From Alphaproteobacteria bacterium (lineage in GTDB: Bacteria; Pseudomonadota; Alphaproteobacteria; MPNO01): a DNA stretch of 64,000 nucleotides. Shown here piece after piece: positions 51,345 to 62,156 of this stretch. Both the position numbers and the translations under genes were made by a program. The first letter of the stretch is position 1. Each line of letters starts with the position of its first letter. Below the pieces are notes generated by a model. That model did no database searches. It was given only the letters and a program-made list of their open reading frames with translations, and was not told the DNA's origin. The DNA lies in NCBI GenBank assembly GCA_965248835.1, contig CBDFLJ010000001.1:1568001-1632000 (forward strand), written 5' to 3'.

Positions 51345-52067
51345 TCACCCATCTGCGGACTTTCCTGTCGGCCTCGACGACACGGTCGGGCGCGTAGATC
51401 GCGGAGGCGACGGCCGGTGCCCGGCCGCAGCGTCCCACAGGGCGGCAAGTTCCGCGCCGGTGGTGAGGTCGCCGAACAGGAAGGCGACGTTCTTCAACGT
51501 CGCCTCGTGCAGCTCCTGGTTGGCCGAGCCGACGCAGTCACCGGGCACGGCGATGTAGTAGTCGCGTAGGAACCCGTCGCGCAGCGTGGAATCGATACAG
51601 ATGTTGGTCGCCACCCCGGTCACCACCAGCGAGCGGATGCCGCGCCGGCGCAGGAGTCCTTCGAGCGGGGTGCCCACGAAGGCGCTGTAACGGTGCTTTT
51701 TCAGCTCCGGCTCGCCCGCGCCCGGGGCGATCATGAACCAGTCCGCCCCCCAGCCGTCCTCGGCGCAGCACACCGCGTGGTCGAGCCCCATCTCGTCGCG
51801 CTTGGCGAGCATCGGCGCGGATTGGTATTTCGGGTCATAGACCGCCTTGACCCAGACGATGTAGACGCCCGCCCGCCGCGCGACCTCGACCAGCGACCCG
51901 ATGGCTTCGGCCACCGCGACGCTGCCGCTCACGTCGCGCCCCATGACCGCATCGACATAGCCGCCCTTGGCGCAGAAGTCGTTCTGGACGTCGATCACCA
52001 GCAGCGCCGTGTGGGCGGGCGCGATCCGGTCGGGCAGGGTCCGCAGAAGCGCTTCCGTCCGGTCCAT
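51345..52067 (-). CDS. Isochorismatase-like cysteine hydrolase (RutB-like)
   Basis: ALLVIDVQNDF, KHRYSAF.GT.L, TGVATNICIDSTLRDG (D-K-C triad). Confidence 0.9.
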   Translation of the reverse strand: MDRTEALLRTLPDRIAPAHTALLVIDVQNDFCAKGGYVDAVMGRDVSGSVAVAEAIGSLVEVARRAGVYIVWVKAVYDPKYQSAPMLAKRDEMGLDHAVCCAEDGWGADWFMIAPGAGEPELKKHRYSAFVGTPLEGLLRRRGIRSLVVTGVATNICIDSTLRDGFLRDYYIAVPGDCVGSANQELHEATLKNVAFLFGDLTTGAELAALWDAAAGHRPSPPRSTRPTVSSRPTGKSADG

Positions 52068-52212
52068 CGTTCTACTCCGCGGCCTCGGCGCAGCACTTCC
52101 CCCGGCCGGCCCGTTCTGCCGTCATATCGATGCCTCCCACGGGAGCAGGCCGATGATAGGCGATCGATCCGCCATCCGATACACTTGGGCCAGATAATCG
52201 AGGGAGGATGCG

Positions 52213-52830
52213 TTGATCGATCTATATTTCTGGACTACGGACAACGGCTACAAGGCCCGCCAGATGGTCGAGGAAACCGGGCTCGACTATACGATAAAGC
52301 CGATCAATCTGCGCGAGAACGCGCAGTTCGACCCGGCGTTCATGAAGATCAGCCCGGGCCACAAGATCCCGGCGATCGTCGATCCCGACGGGCCGGGCGG
52401 CCGCAGGCTCACGCTATGCGAATCGGGTGCGATCCTCGCTTATCTCGCCGGCAAGGCGGGCGGCGCGCTCTATCCCGAGGACCCGGCCCTGCGCCCGGCG
52501 GTCGATCAGTGGTTCTTCTTCGGCACCTCGACCTTCACCCCGCTCGCCCAGCAGTTCGGCCTGTTCTTCCACCGCTTCGGCGAGGACGTACCGCCTGCCA
52601 AGGCCCATTACGATACCGTGCTGCGCGATCTGTTCTCGATCTTCGACCGGCATCTCGCCGACCACGAGTACTTCGCCGACGCGTATTCGATCGCCGACGT
52701 CTCGTCCTATCCCGACGTCCACATCCACGGGGCCGGCGGCATCGGCTTGGCGGACTACCCCAACCTCAAGCGCTGGCACGACGCGATCGAAGCACGGCCG
52801 GCGGTCCAGCGCGCCTGGGGCGACTTCTAG
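52213..52830 (+). CDS. Glutathione S-transferase (YfcG/Nu-class-like)
   Basis: IDLYFWTTDNG.K, ISP..KIPAIVD, ESGAIL.YLA, YSIAD, RPAVQR; TTG start after AGGGAGG. Confidence 0.92.
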   Translation: MIDLYFWTTDNGYKARQMVEETGLDYTIKPINLRENAQFDPAFMKISPGHKIPAIVDPDGPGGRRLTLCESGAILAYLAGKAGGALYPEDPALRPAVDQWFFFGTSTFTPLAQQFGLFFHRFGEDVPPAKAHYDTVLRDLFSIFDRHLADHEYFADAYSIADVSSYPDVHIHGAGGIGLADYPNLKRWHDAIEARPAVQRAWGDF

Positions 52831-52881
52831 CGCGCCATCGGTCACAACGACGCCCCCGGTGCGCCGGTTTCGATCGCTGTG

Positions 52882-52915
52882 AAAAGAAGGCCCGGAAATC
52901 ATCGATTCCCGGGCC
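52882..52915 (-). terminator. Intrinsic terminator of the minus-strand sRNA
   Basis: GGCCCGGGAAUC-GAU-GAUUUCCGGGCC (12-bp stem, one G-U) followed by UUCUUUU. Confidence 0.8.
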
Positions 52916-53080
52916 AGTATAACAGGGAGGCTTCACGTCTGGGAGACGTAGGGTCCGAAGACCCTCATCCGGCGTGCAGGACACGCGCGGATCTCGAGGC
53001 GCCTGGCCGGGCTTGCCGCGCACGCGGCTTGCGACGGCCATTCGCCATTGTTCGGCCCTATTGAATAGGGGCCGATCGGC
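52882..53080 (-). ncRNA. Putative AbcR-like base-pairing small RNA (structured core 52882-52971; 5' end uncertain)
   Basis: Minus strand: AGGGUC-UUCG-GACCCU hairpin, ACGUC-UCCCA-GACGU hairpin, single-stranded CCUCCCUGUU, terminator with UUCUUUU tail; lies directly downstream of the vtlR/lsrB-like gene. Confidence 0.7.
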
Positions 53081-53085
53081 GTTCG

Positions 53086-53129
53086 ATTCTACGGAGTTTT
53101 TTACATTTCAGACATGCGCTGAACGCATG
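53086..53129 (-). promoter_or_regulatory. Putative LysR-activated promoter: -10 TAGAAT plus T-N11-A palindrome
   Basis: TAGAAT (53091-53086), weak -35, perfect inverted repeat CATGCG-CTGAA-CGCATG (53113-53129). Confidence 0.55.
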
Positions 53130-53153
53130 GCTCGTGGTATCCACAAGCAATCG

Positions 53154-54047
53154 TCAATAAATTCCGCCGGATGCGACGCTGCTGACCAAGAAATCGCGAA
53201 ACGCGGTGATTCGCTGCGAATGGCGCAGCTCCTCAGGGTAGACAAAATAGATGTCGAAGGCCGGCCCCTCCATCTCCGGCAGGACCGGGACGAGGTCGCG
53301 GGCGAGTTGGCCCAGATAGTCGGGCAGCGAGGCGATCCCGAGCCCGCTGGCGGCCGCCCGGTACATGCCGTAGATGTTGTTCACCCGCAGCACCGGGCGG
53401 CGCGGCGCGCGCGAGTCGCGCCCTGCGGCGAGCATCCAGTTGATCTCCGAGTACGGTGGACGGATCGTCTCGTCATAGGCGATGAGCTGATGCCGGTCGA
53501 GTTCGTCCAGCCGGTGCGGCGTGCCGAATTTGTTGAGGTAGGACGGCGCGGCGAAGGCGTGGTGGCGCATCGTCGCCAGCCGCCGCTGGATCAGATCGGA
53601 TTGACGCGGCGGGGTCATGCGGATGGCGACGTCGGCCTGACCCATCAACAGGTCGAGCTCGTCCTCGCTGACCACCAACGTCACCGAGATCTCCGGATAG
53701 GTCTCGATGAATTCCCGGAGCCGCTCGGTCAGCCAGATCGAGCCGAAGGCGACCGTGGTGGTGATGCGCAGCGGACCCTTGGGCCGGTCGCGCGACTCGC
53801 TGACCATCGCCTCGGCCATGGCAAGCTTGGCAAACACCTCCTTGGCCGTCTGAAAGAGCGTCTCGCCGGTTTCGGTCAGCCTGAGCCCGCGGGCGTGGCG
53901 ATGGAACAGCGGCGCGTTGAGGCTGCTCTCCAACGCGCCGATCTGGCGGCTGACCGAGGACTGAGACAGGTTCAGCGACTCCCCGGCGTGGGTGAAACTG
54001 CCCGCCTCGGCAACGGCGTGGAAGACCCGGAGCTTGTCCCAATCCAT
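53154..54047 (-). CDS. LysR family regulator, VtlR/LsrB ortholog
   Basis: MDWDKLRVFHAVAEAGSFTHAG, LFHRHARGL.LTE.GE, GPLRITTTV.FG..WL, YPEELR; directly downstream of trxB as in rhizobia and Brucella. Confidence 0.9.
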   Translation of the reverse strand: MDWDKLRVFHAVAEAGSFTHAGESLNLSQSSVSRQIGALESSLNAPLFHRHARGLRLTETGETLFQTAKEVFAKLAMAEAMVSESRDRPKGPLRITTTVAFGSIWLTERLREFIETYPEISVTLVVSEDELDLLMGQADVAIRMTPPRQSDLIQRRLATMRHHAFAAPSYLNKFGTPHRLDELDRHQLIAYDETIRPPYSEINWMLAAGRDSRAPRRPVLRVNNIYGMYRAAASGLGIASLPDYLGQLARDLVPVLPEMEGPAFDIYFVYPEELRHSQRITAFRDFLVSSVASGGIY

Positions 54048-54067
54048 CGTCAAGGGTTTGTGCGTCC

Positions 54068-55030
54068 CTATTCTGCGGCGACCGCGACTTCGTGCTCGGA
54101 AAGGAACTTCTCCGCCTCGAGCGCGGCCATGCAGCCGGTGCCCGCTGCGGTGACCGCCTGGCGGTATATCTTGTCCTGCACGTCGCCGGCCGCGAACACG
54201 CCCGGAACGCTGGTCGCGGTGCTGTCGGGCTCGGTCCTGATATAGCCTTCGGCATCCATGTCGAGCTGGCCGCGGAATAGTTGCGTTGCCGGGTCGTGGC
54301 CGATGGCCACGAAGAGCCCGCCGACCGCAAGCGCGCTCGTGGCACCCGACTTGACGTTGCGCAGCCGTAGCCCGGTGACCTCGGGCGGGTCCTGGTTGCC
54401 CAGGACTTCCTCGACCACCGTGTCCCAGATCATCTCGACCTTGTCGTTCCGGAACAGCCGTTCCTGCAGGATCTTCTCCGCCCGCAGCCGGTCGCGGCGG
54501 TGGATCAGACTCACCTTGCTCGCATGGTTGGTCAGATAGAGCGCCTCCTCGACTGCGGTGTTGCCGCCGCCGACGACGCCGATCTCCTTGCCGCGGAAGA
54601 AGAACCCGTCGCAGGTCGCGCACGCCGACACGCCGAAGCCCTGGAACGCCGACTCGCTGGGGAGCCCGAGCCAGCGGGCCTGGGCACCGGTGGCGATGAT
54701 AATGGTCTCGGCCAGATAGCTATCCCCGCCGTCACCGGTGCAGCGGAACGGGCGCTGCGTCAGATCGACCTCGCTGATCAGATCGGTGACCAGCCGCGTG
54801 CCGACATTCTGCGCCTGGGCGGCCATCTGCTCCATCAGCCAGGGGCCCTGGATGACCTCGGCGAAACCGGGATAGTTCTCGACATCGGTGGTGATGCTGA
54901 GCTGGCCGCCGACCTCGATGCCGGTGACCAGCATCGGCTCCAGCGCGGCGCGTGCGGCATAGACCGCCGCGGTATATCCCGCCGGCCCGGAACCCACGAT
55001 CAGGACTTTGGCAGCGTGGTTTTGCGACAT
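54068..55030 (-). CDS. trxB: Thioredoxin reductase
   Basis: [45 protein letters not shown]. Confidence 0.97.
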   Translation of the reverse strand: MSQNHAAKVLIVGSGPAGYTAAVYAARAALEPMLVTGIEVGGQLSITTDVENYPGFAEVIQGPWLMEQMAAQAQNVGTRLVTDLISEVDLTQRPFRCTGDGGDSYLAETIIIATGAQARWLGLPSESAFQGFGVSACATCDGFFFRGKEIGVVGGGNTAVEEALYLTNHASKVSLIHRRDRLRAEKILQERLFRNDKVEMIWDTVVEEVLGNQDPPEVTGLRLRNVKSGATSALAVGGLFVAIGHDPATQLFRGQLDMDAEGYIRTEPDSTATSVPGVFAAGDVQDKIYRQAVTAAGTGCMAALEAEKFLSEHEVAVAAE

Positions 55031-55215
55031 GGCTTCTCGATCCGGGACACGGCGCACCGCCGCGTCATTGCTGCGAACAGGGCTGAAATTAGGGCCATGC
55101 CGACGCCATTTCCAGAGATCAAACGCAGCGGCCAGACTAAACTCTTGAAATATAATTGCGGCCGATGGTAATTTAATTGCGCGTTATCTGCGGCCGGAAC
55201 GGCTGGGGGGTGCCG

Positions 55216-55716
55216 ATGGCACGTGTGAAGTTCGATCGGATCGATCTGCGAATCCTCCGCGACCTGCAGGATCGGGGCAGGATGACCAATGTCGAGCTCG
55301 CCCGTCGCGCGGGGATATCGCCGCCACCCTGCCTGCGCCGTGTGCGCGCCTTGGAGGAGGCCGGCTGCATCCTCGGCTACCACGCCGAAATCGATCCCGA
55401 GTCGCTGGGTTTCGGTGTGACGGTCTTCGCCAATGTCGGGCTGCACAGCCAGGCCGAGGCCGACCTGATCGGCTTCGAGACCCTGGTCGGGTCCTGGCCC
55501 GAGGTGCGCGAGTGCCACATGCTGGCCGGCGAGACCGACTTTCTTCTGAAGATCGTCGCGACCGACTGGGATGCCTATCAGCGCTTCCTGACGACCAGAC
55601 TCACTGCGGCGCCGAACGTCTCGGTGGTGAAGTCGGCCTTGGCGGTGCGGACCTCCAAACACCGTCCGGGCGTGCCGATCGCCCTCGATGAGCCGCGCGG
55701 CACCGCTGCCCGCTGA
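55216..55716 (+). CDS. Lrp/AsnC family transcriptional regulator
   Basis: DRID.RIL..LQ..GR.TNVELA, SPPPCLRRVRALE, ECHMLAGETDF. Confidence 0.93.
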   Translation: MARVKFDRIDLRILRDLQDRGRMTNVELARRAGISPPPCLRRVRALEEAGCILGYHAEIDPESLGFGVTVFANVGLHSQAEADLIGFETLVGSWPEVRECHMLAGETDFLLKIVATDWDAYQRFLTTRLTAAPNVSVVKSALAVRTSKHRPGVPIALDEPRGTAAR

Positions 55717-55735
55717 CCGCGCTGACTGCCCCGCC

Positions 55736-56209
55736 TCAGCGATAGCTGACGCTGGTGACCTCGAAGGAGCGGATGCCCCTGGGTGTGGTGACTTCGACCG
55801 AATCGCCGATCGTGCGGCCGATCACCGCGCGCGCCAGCGGCGAGTTGATGGACAGACGGCCGGCATCGACGTCGGACTCGTGCTCGCCGACAAGCTGGAA
55901 GGTTCGCTTCTCGCCGGTGTCCTCGTCGGACAACGTAACGGCGGCGCCGAACTTGACGTTCTTGCCGGACAGCTTGCTGACGTCGATGATCTCGGCGCGG
56001 CGGATGATATCCTCGAGATCGGCCACGCGGCCCTCCACGAAGGCCTGCCGTTCGCGGGCGGCGTGGTATTCGGCATTCTCGGAAAGATCGCCGTGCTCGC
56101 GCGCCTCGGCAATCGAACGGATGATCTCCGGACGCTCCGTGGACTTCAAGCGCCGCAGCTCCGCATCGAGCCTGGCGTAGCCATCCGATGTCATGGGGAC
56201 TTTGTCCAT
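55736..56209 (-). CDS. greA: Transcription elongation factor GreA
   Basis: [33 protein letters not shown]. Confidence 0.97.
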   Translation of the reverse strand: MDKVPMTSDGYARLDAELRRLKSTERPEIIRSIAEAREHGDLSENAEYHAARERQAFVEGRVADLEDIIRRAEIIDVSKLSGKNVKFGAAVTLSDEDTGEKRTFQLVGEHESDVDAGRLSINSPLARAVIGRTIGDSVEVTTPRGIRSFEVTSVSYR

Positions 56210-56416
56210 CACCTGTCCGTCCACGCGATACACCCCCACGCACGCTTCGGACCCTGGCGGGCCGATATGCGTGCCTGGGCAACCACAAGGCGCCTGAATC
56301 TAGGACCGCGTCCAGCCGACTTCAAGGGTCTGCGCCCGGCGCTGCGATCGGCCGCGGCCGGTCGCATGCCGCCCGATGCCGAGAGACAAATACGAGGAAG
56401 TGAAATTTATCCAGTA

Positions 56417-56431
56417 TTAACAACTAGTTAC
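56417..56431. promoter_or_regulatory. CtrA-like site TTAA-N7-TTAC in the greA/yqeY-dnaG-rpoD divergent region
   Basis: TTAA-CAACTAG-TTAC within an AT-rich patch; one mismatch to TTAA-N7-TTAA. Confidence 0.4.
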
Positions 56432-56503
56432 ACCGTTCACGCCAGTTGATGCCGGAGACGAATTCGGATACCCTCACCGGTCCGGGGATGGTAGCGAGGG
56501 CCG

Positions 56504-56965
56504 ATGCTGCGCGAGCATCTGAGCGATCGCCTCAAGGAGGCGATGAAGGCCAAGGAGACCTGCGTGGTCTCGACGGTCCGTCTGATCCTGACGGCGGTGA
56601 AGGACCGTGACATCGCCGCCCGCGGCAAGGGCAATGTCGAGGGCATCAGCGATCAGGAGATCCTGCGGGTCTTGCAGACGATGGTCCGCCAGCGCGAGGA
56701 GGCGATCGCCCTCTACGAGAAGGGCGGGCGCGAGGAGTTGGCGAAGCGGGAGGCCGAGGAGATCGACGTGATACGGACCTTCCTGCCGCGCCAGCTTGAC
56801 GAGGGGGAACTGACCCGGGCGGTGCGCTCGATCCTCGAGGAGATCGGGGCGGCCAGGCTCAAGGACATGGGGCGCACGATGGCCGTGCTGAAGCAGCGCT
56901 ATGCCGGCCGGATGGATTTCACAAAGGCCTCGGCTGTGGTAAAGGCGGAGTTGACCGGCGGGTGA
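56504..56965 (+). CDS. GatB/YqeY domain protein
   Basis: LKEAMKAK....STVRLI..A.KD.DI, M..QR.E....Y..GGR.ELA, KDMG..M. Confidence 0.92.
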   Translation: MLREHLSDRLKEAMKAKETCVVSTVRLILTAVKDRDIAARGKGNVEGISDQEILRVLQTMVRQREEAIALYEKGGREELAKREAEEIDVIRTFLPRQLDEGELTRAVRSILEEIGAARLKDMGRTMAVLKQRYAGRMDFTKASAVVKAELTGG

Positions 56966-57040
56966 GGCCGCCCGTTTCGCTGTCGGCGCATCGCGTTGCG
57001 GGCGGCGAAAGCCCCGCCGAGCGGCACGACAAGGATTGGC

Positions 57041-58861
57041 ATGGCGATCTCGCCTGATTTCCTCGACGAGCTGCGTGCACGGGTCGGGCTCGCCGATGTC
57101 ATCGCCCGGCATGTCCAGCTCAAGCGCAGCGGCCGGGAGGCTTCGGGCCTGTGCCCGTTCCACAACGAGAAGACGCCGTCCTTCACCGTCAGCGAGGAGA
57201 AGGGGTTCTTCCATTGCTTCGGCTGCGGCGCCCACGGCGACGTGGTCGGCTTCGTGATGCGCGTGGAGGGGCTGTCGTTCCCCGAGGCGGTCGATCGGCT
57301 GGCCGGCGAGGCCGGTCTCGATGTCCCGCAGGCGAGCCCGGAAGTCCGCGAGGCCGAGCGCCGGAAGGCCGATCTCCACGGTGTGATGGAGCGGTGCTGC
57401 GGTTTCTTCGAGCGCGAGCTCGCCGGTCCGCGCGGTCTCGAGGCGCGGGCCTACCTGGAGCGGCGCGGGATCGATCCGGCGACACGCGCCCGGTTCCGCC
57501 TGGGCTATGCGCCGGACTCGCGCACCGCGCTGCGCAACGCGGTCATGGACGCGACGGTCCCCGAAGCGATGCTGGTGGAGACCGGCATGTTGATCCGCCC
57601 CGAGACCGATACGCCGTATGACCGGTTCCGCGGGCGGGTGATGTTCCCGATCACCGACCGGCGCGGCCGGGTGATCGCCTTCGGCGGCCGGATCCTGGGC
57701 GACGGCAAGCCCAAATACCTCAACTCGCCGGACACGCCGCTGTTCCACAAGGGCCGGGTGCTCTACGGCATGGCGACCGCGCGCCGGGCGGCCCACGACC
57801 AGGGCCGGGTGGTGGTGGTCGAGGGCTACACCGACGTGATTGCGCTGACCCGGGCGGGCATCACCGAGGCGGTCGCGCCGCTCGGCACGGCGATCACCGA
57901 AAGCCACCTGCACGAGCTCTGGCGCATGGCGGACGAGCCGATCCTGTGCTTCGACGGCGACGCGGCGGGCAAGCGCGCGGCCTGGCGCGCGGCCGAACGC
58001 GCCCTGCCGATCCTGCGGCCCGGGAAATCGCTGCAGTTCGTCAGCCTCCCGACCGGCGAGGACCCGGACAGCCTGCTTGCCCAGGGCGGCCCGGGAGCAA
58101 TCGATTCGTGCCTTGCGCAGCGGCGCGGCCTGGTCGACGTCCTCTGGGAGATGACAACCGCTGGAAAGCGCCTGGATACGCCCGAGCGCATCGCCGGCCT
58201 CGAGCAGGTGCTCGAGCGGCTGGTCGACGGGATCGACGACCGCAAGGTCCATTTCCAGTACCGCACCCACCTGAGACGGCGCGTGGCGGAGCTTTCAGGC
58301 TTTCGCCCGAAGGTCCGACGGATCCGGAGGCCCGCCGGCGCCGACCCGGCGGCGCTTACCCGGCAGGGCCAGCGCTTCGTGCTCGCCACGGTGCTGCGCC
58401 ACCCCGGCCTGGCCGATGAATTCTGCGAGCGTCTATCGGGCCTCGATATCGCCCAGGAGAGGCTTGACAAGCTTCTCGGGGAGATTTTATTGCTGCTGAA
58501 GCAGGCGCCCGGGCTTGACGCGCCGGCACTCAGGCTCCAATTGACCGGAGCGGACGCCGAGGCGGCGGATTCGCTGCTTTGCGCGGAAACGTATGCCCAA
58601 TGGCCTATCGCGCGGCCGGAGTCATCGATTGAGTCTGCACGACAGGGTCTTACGCATGCATTGGATCGGCTCATGAAGCCGGCTTTGGACGCAGAGCTGG
58701 CGGCGGCGGAGATTGCCCTTGCGAACGATCCGAGCGACGAGAACTTCAAACGAATCCAACAACTGAAGGCATCCCAGGAATCCGGGTCCGACTACGCGGA
58801 GTTTGCCGAGATGGACCCGCCGGACCACGCCTTCGACCAGGGACGGGCGAGCGAAGCCTGA
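57041..58861 (+). CDS. dnaG: DNA primase
   Basis: [17 protein letters not shown] zinc finger, [36 protein letters not shown]. Confidence 0.97.
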   Translation: MAISPDFLDELRARVGLADVIARHVQLKRSGREASGLCPFHNEKTPSFTVSEEKGFFHCFGCGAHGDVVGFVMRVEGLSFPEAVDRLAGEAGLDVPQASPEVREAERRKADLHGVMERCCGFFERELAGPRGLEARAYLERRGIDPATRARFRLGYAPDSRTALRNAVMDATVPEAMLVETGMLIRPETDTPYDRFRGRVMFPITDRRGRVIAFGGRILGDGKPKYLNSPDTPLFHKGRVLYGMATARRAAHDQGRVVVVEGYTDVIALTRAGITEAVAPLGTAITESHLHELWRMADEPILCFDGDAAGKRAAWRAAERALPILRPGKSLQFVSLPTGEDPDSLLAQGGPGAIDSCLAQRRGLVDVLWEMTTAGKRLDTPERIAGLEQVLERLVDGIDDRKVHFQYRTHLRRRVAELSGFRPKVRRIRRPAGADPAALTRQGQRFVLATVLRHPGLADEFCERLSGLDIAQERLDKLLGEILLLLKQAPGLDAPALRLQLTGADAEAADSLLCAETYAQWPIARPESSIESARQGLTHALDRLMKPALDAELAAAEIALANDPSDENFKRIQQLKASQESGSDYAEFAEMDPPDHAFDQGRASEA

Positions 58862-58920
58862 GTGCCGCAGGACGGCCCGCCCTGCCGGCGGTGGCTGGGG
58901 GCAAGACCATAGGGACCGCG

Positions 58921-60861
<1,941 letters not shown>

Positions 60862-60894
60862 GCGGTGTGCGGCCGCGTGGCGTCACGGTCTCGC

Positions 60895-60943
60895 GCATGT
60901 TCCGGACAAGCCGGACCGGCGCGAGCAGATCCGAACATGCTCT
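60895..60943. repeat. Short palindromic repeat family, copy 3 (long-loop form) after rpoD
   Basis: GCATGTTCCGG...CCGAACATGCTCT inverted arms. Confidence 0.45.
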
Positions 60944-61085
60944 GACCAATCCGATGGGTTACAGTGCGGCCGCACGCTGGTAGACTGCCGCGCGTGACGA
61001 TACGTTCGCGAACGGCACGCCCTGGCAGTGGTGCAAGGGCCGGCCCGGGCCGAAACACGACAACCTGCAAGGGAGGTTGCACAAG

Positions 61086-62096
61086 ATGAAAATCACGTTT
61101 GGGAAACTGGCCGCGACCGGCGTCGCGGTCCTGACGGCGGCGGCGATCGCCGTGCCGGCCCATGCCGTCACGGAGCTCAAGGTGTCGACCGCGCTGAGTA
61201 CGAAGCACGACCAGTCTCAAGCCTTTTTCGATACCTTCATGGCGGAGATGAAAAAGGACGAGAGCGAGGTCAAGCTCAACTATATCGGCGGACCCGAGGT
61301 CACGCCGAACCGCAAGCAAGGCTCGGCAATGAAGCGCGGCCTGATCGACATCATCATGTCGCCGACGACTTACTACTCCAACCTTCAGCCCGAGGCGCGG
61401 CTGACCGGCATCTCCAACGTCCCGCCGCAGGAATGGCGCGCCAACGGCGGCTACGACATCATGGCCGACGCGTGGGCGAAGCGGATGAACGCGATCATTC
61501 TCGGCTGGGGCAATTTCTACACCACCGAGCAGTTCTCCATCTGGTTGTTGGACGAGCCCAAGCTCAGCAAGACCACGGGCATCGACCTGCGCGGCTTGAA
61601 GGTGCGCAGCACCGCGCTCTACACGCCGTTCTTCAAGGCAATGGGCGCGATCCCCAAGACCATCTCGCCGAGCGAGGTCTATACCGCGCTCGAGCGCGGT
61701 GTGGTTTCCGGGCTCGCCTGGCCCGAGGGCGGTGTCGCCTTCCGCGGCTGGCAGCGGTTCATCAAGTACCGGATCTTCCCGGGCTTCTTCCGCTCGACCA
61801 CCATGGCGACGATGAACAAGGACAAGTTCGAAAGCCTGTCCAAGAAGGCGCAGGCGCAGCTCCTCGCCGCCGGTCTGCACTACGAGAACGCCTCCGGCCA
61901 AGTCCTGAAGGAGAAGGCTCGGATCGACAACGAGAAGATCCGCGCGGCCGGCGTTCAGGACTACCACCTGAAGGGCGAATACGCCAAGGCCTATATCCAG
62001 ACGATCTACGACGCGAAATGGGCCGATGCCGCGAAGCGGAAATACACAGTTCCGTTCGAGGTGCTGAAGGCCAAGATGTTCAAGGCCGGCAGCTAG
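61086..62096 (+). CDS. TRAP transporter substrate-binding protein (DctP family)
   Basis: Signal peptide, YIGGPEV, DLRGLKVR, SEVYTALERGVV.G; AGGGAGG RBS. Confidence 0.92.
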   Translation: MKITFGKLAATGVAVLTAAAIAVPAHAVTELKVSTALSTKHDQSQAFFDTFMAEMKKDESEVKLNYIGGPEVTPNRKQGSAMKRGLIDIIMSPTTYYSNLQPEARLTGISNVPPQEWRANGGYDIMADAWAKRMNAIILGWGNFYTTEQFSIWLLDEPKLSKTTGIDLRGLKVRSTALYTPFFKAMGAIPKTISPSEVYTALERGVVSGLAWPEGGVAFRGWQRFIKYRIFPGFFRSTTMATMNKDKFESLSKKAQAQLLAAGLHYENASGQVLKEKARIDNEKIRAAGVQDYHLKGEYAKAYIQTIYDAKWADAAKRKYTVPFEVLKAKMFKAGS

Positions 62097-62119
62097 CCGC
62101 GGGCGCATCCCCGACTACG

Positions 62120-62150
62120 AGGCGCCGCCCATCGGGCGGCGCCTTTGTCT
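62120..62150 (+). terminator. Intrinsic terminator between convergent dctP and dctM
   Basis: AGGCGCCGCCC-ATC-GGGCGGCGCCT perfect 11-bp stem then TTGTCT. Confidence 0.75.
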
Positions 62151-62156
62151 TGCGCC

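Noticed and set aside
53052-53075. Hairpin TCGGCCCTATT-G-AATAGGGGCCGA as the LysR terminator
   Set aside because: No U-tract on the minus strand; treated as a possible 5' stem of the sRNA or an operator, and left uncalled
61012-61027. Sigma54-like CGGCACG...TGGCA upstream of dctP
   Set aside because: GG-to-GC spacing is 9 nt rather than the required 10
60862-61070. tRNA often found after rpoD
   Set aside because: No cloverleaf, T-loop GTTCRA or CCA end recognisable
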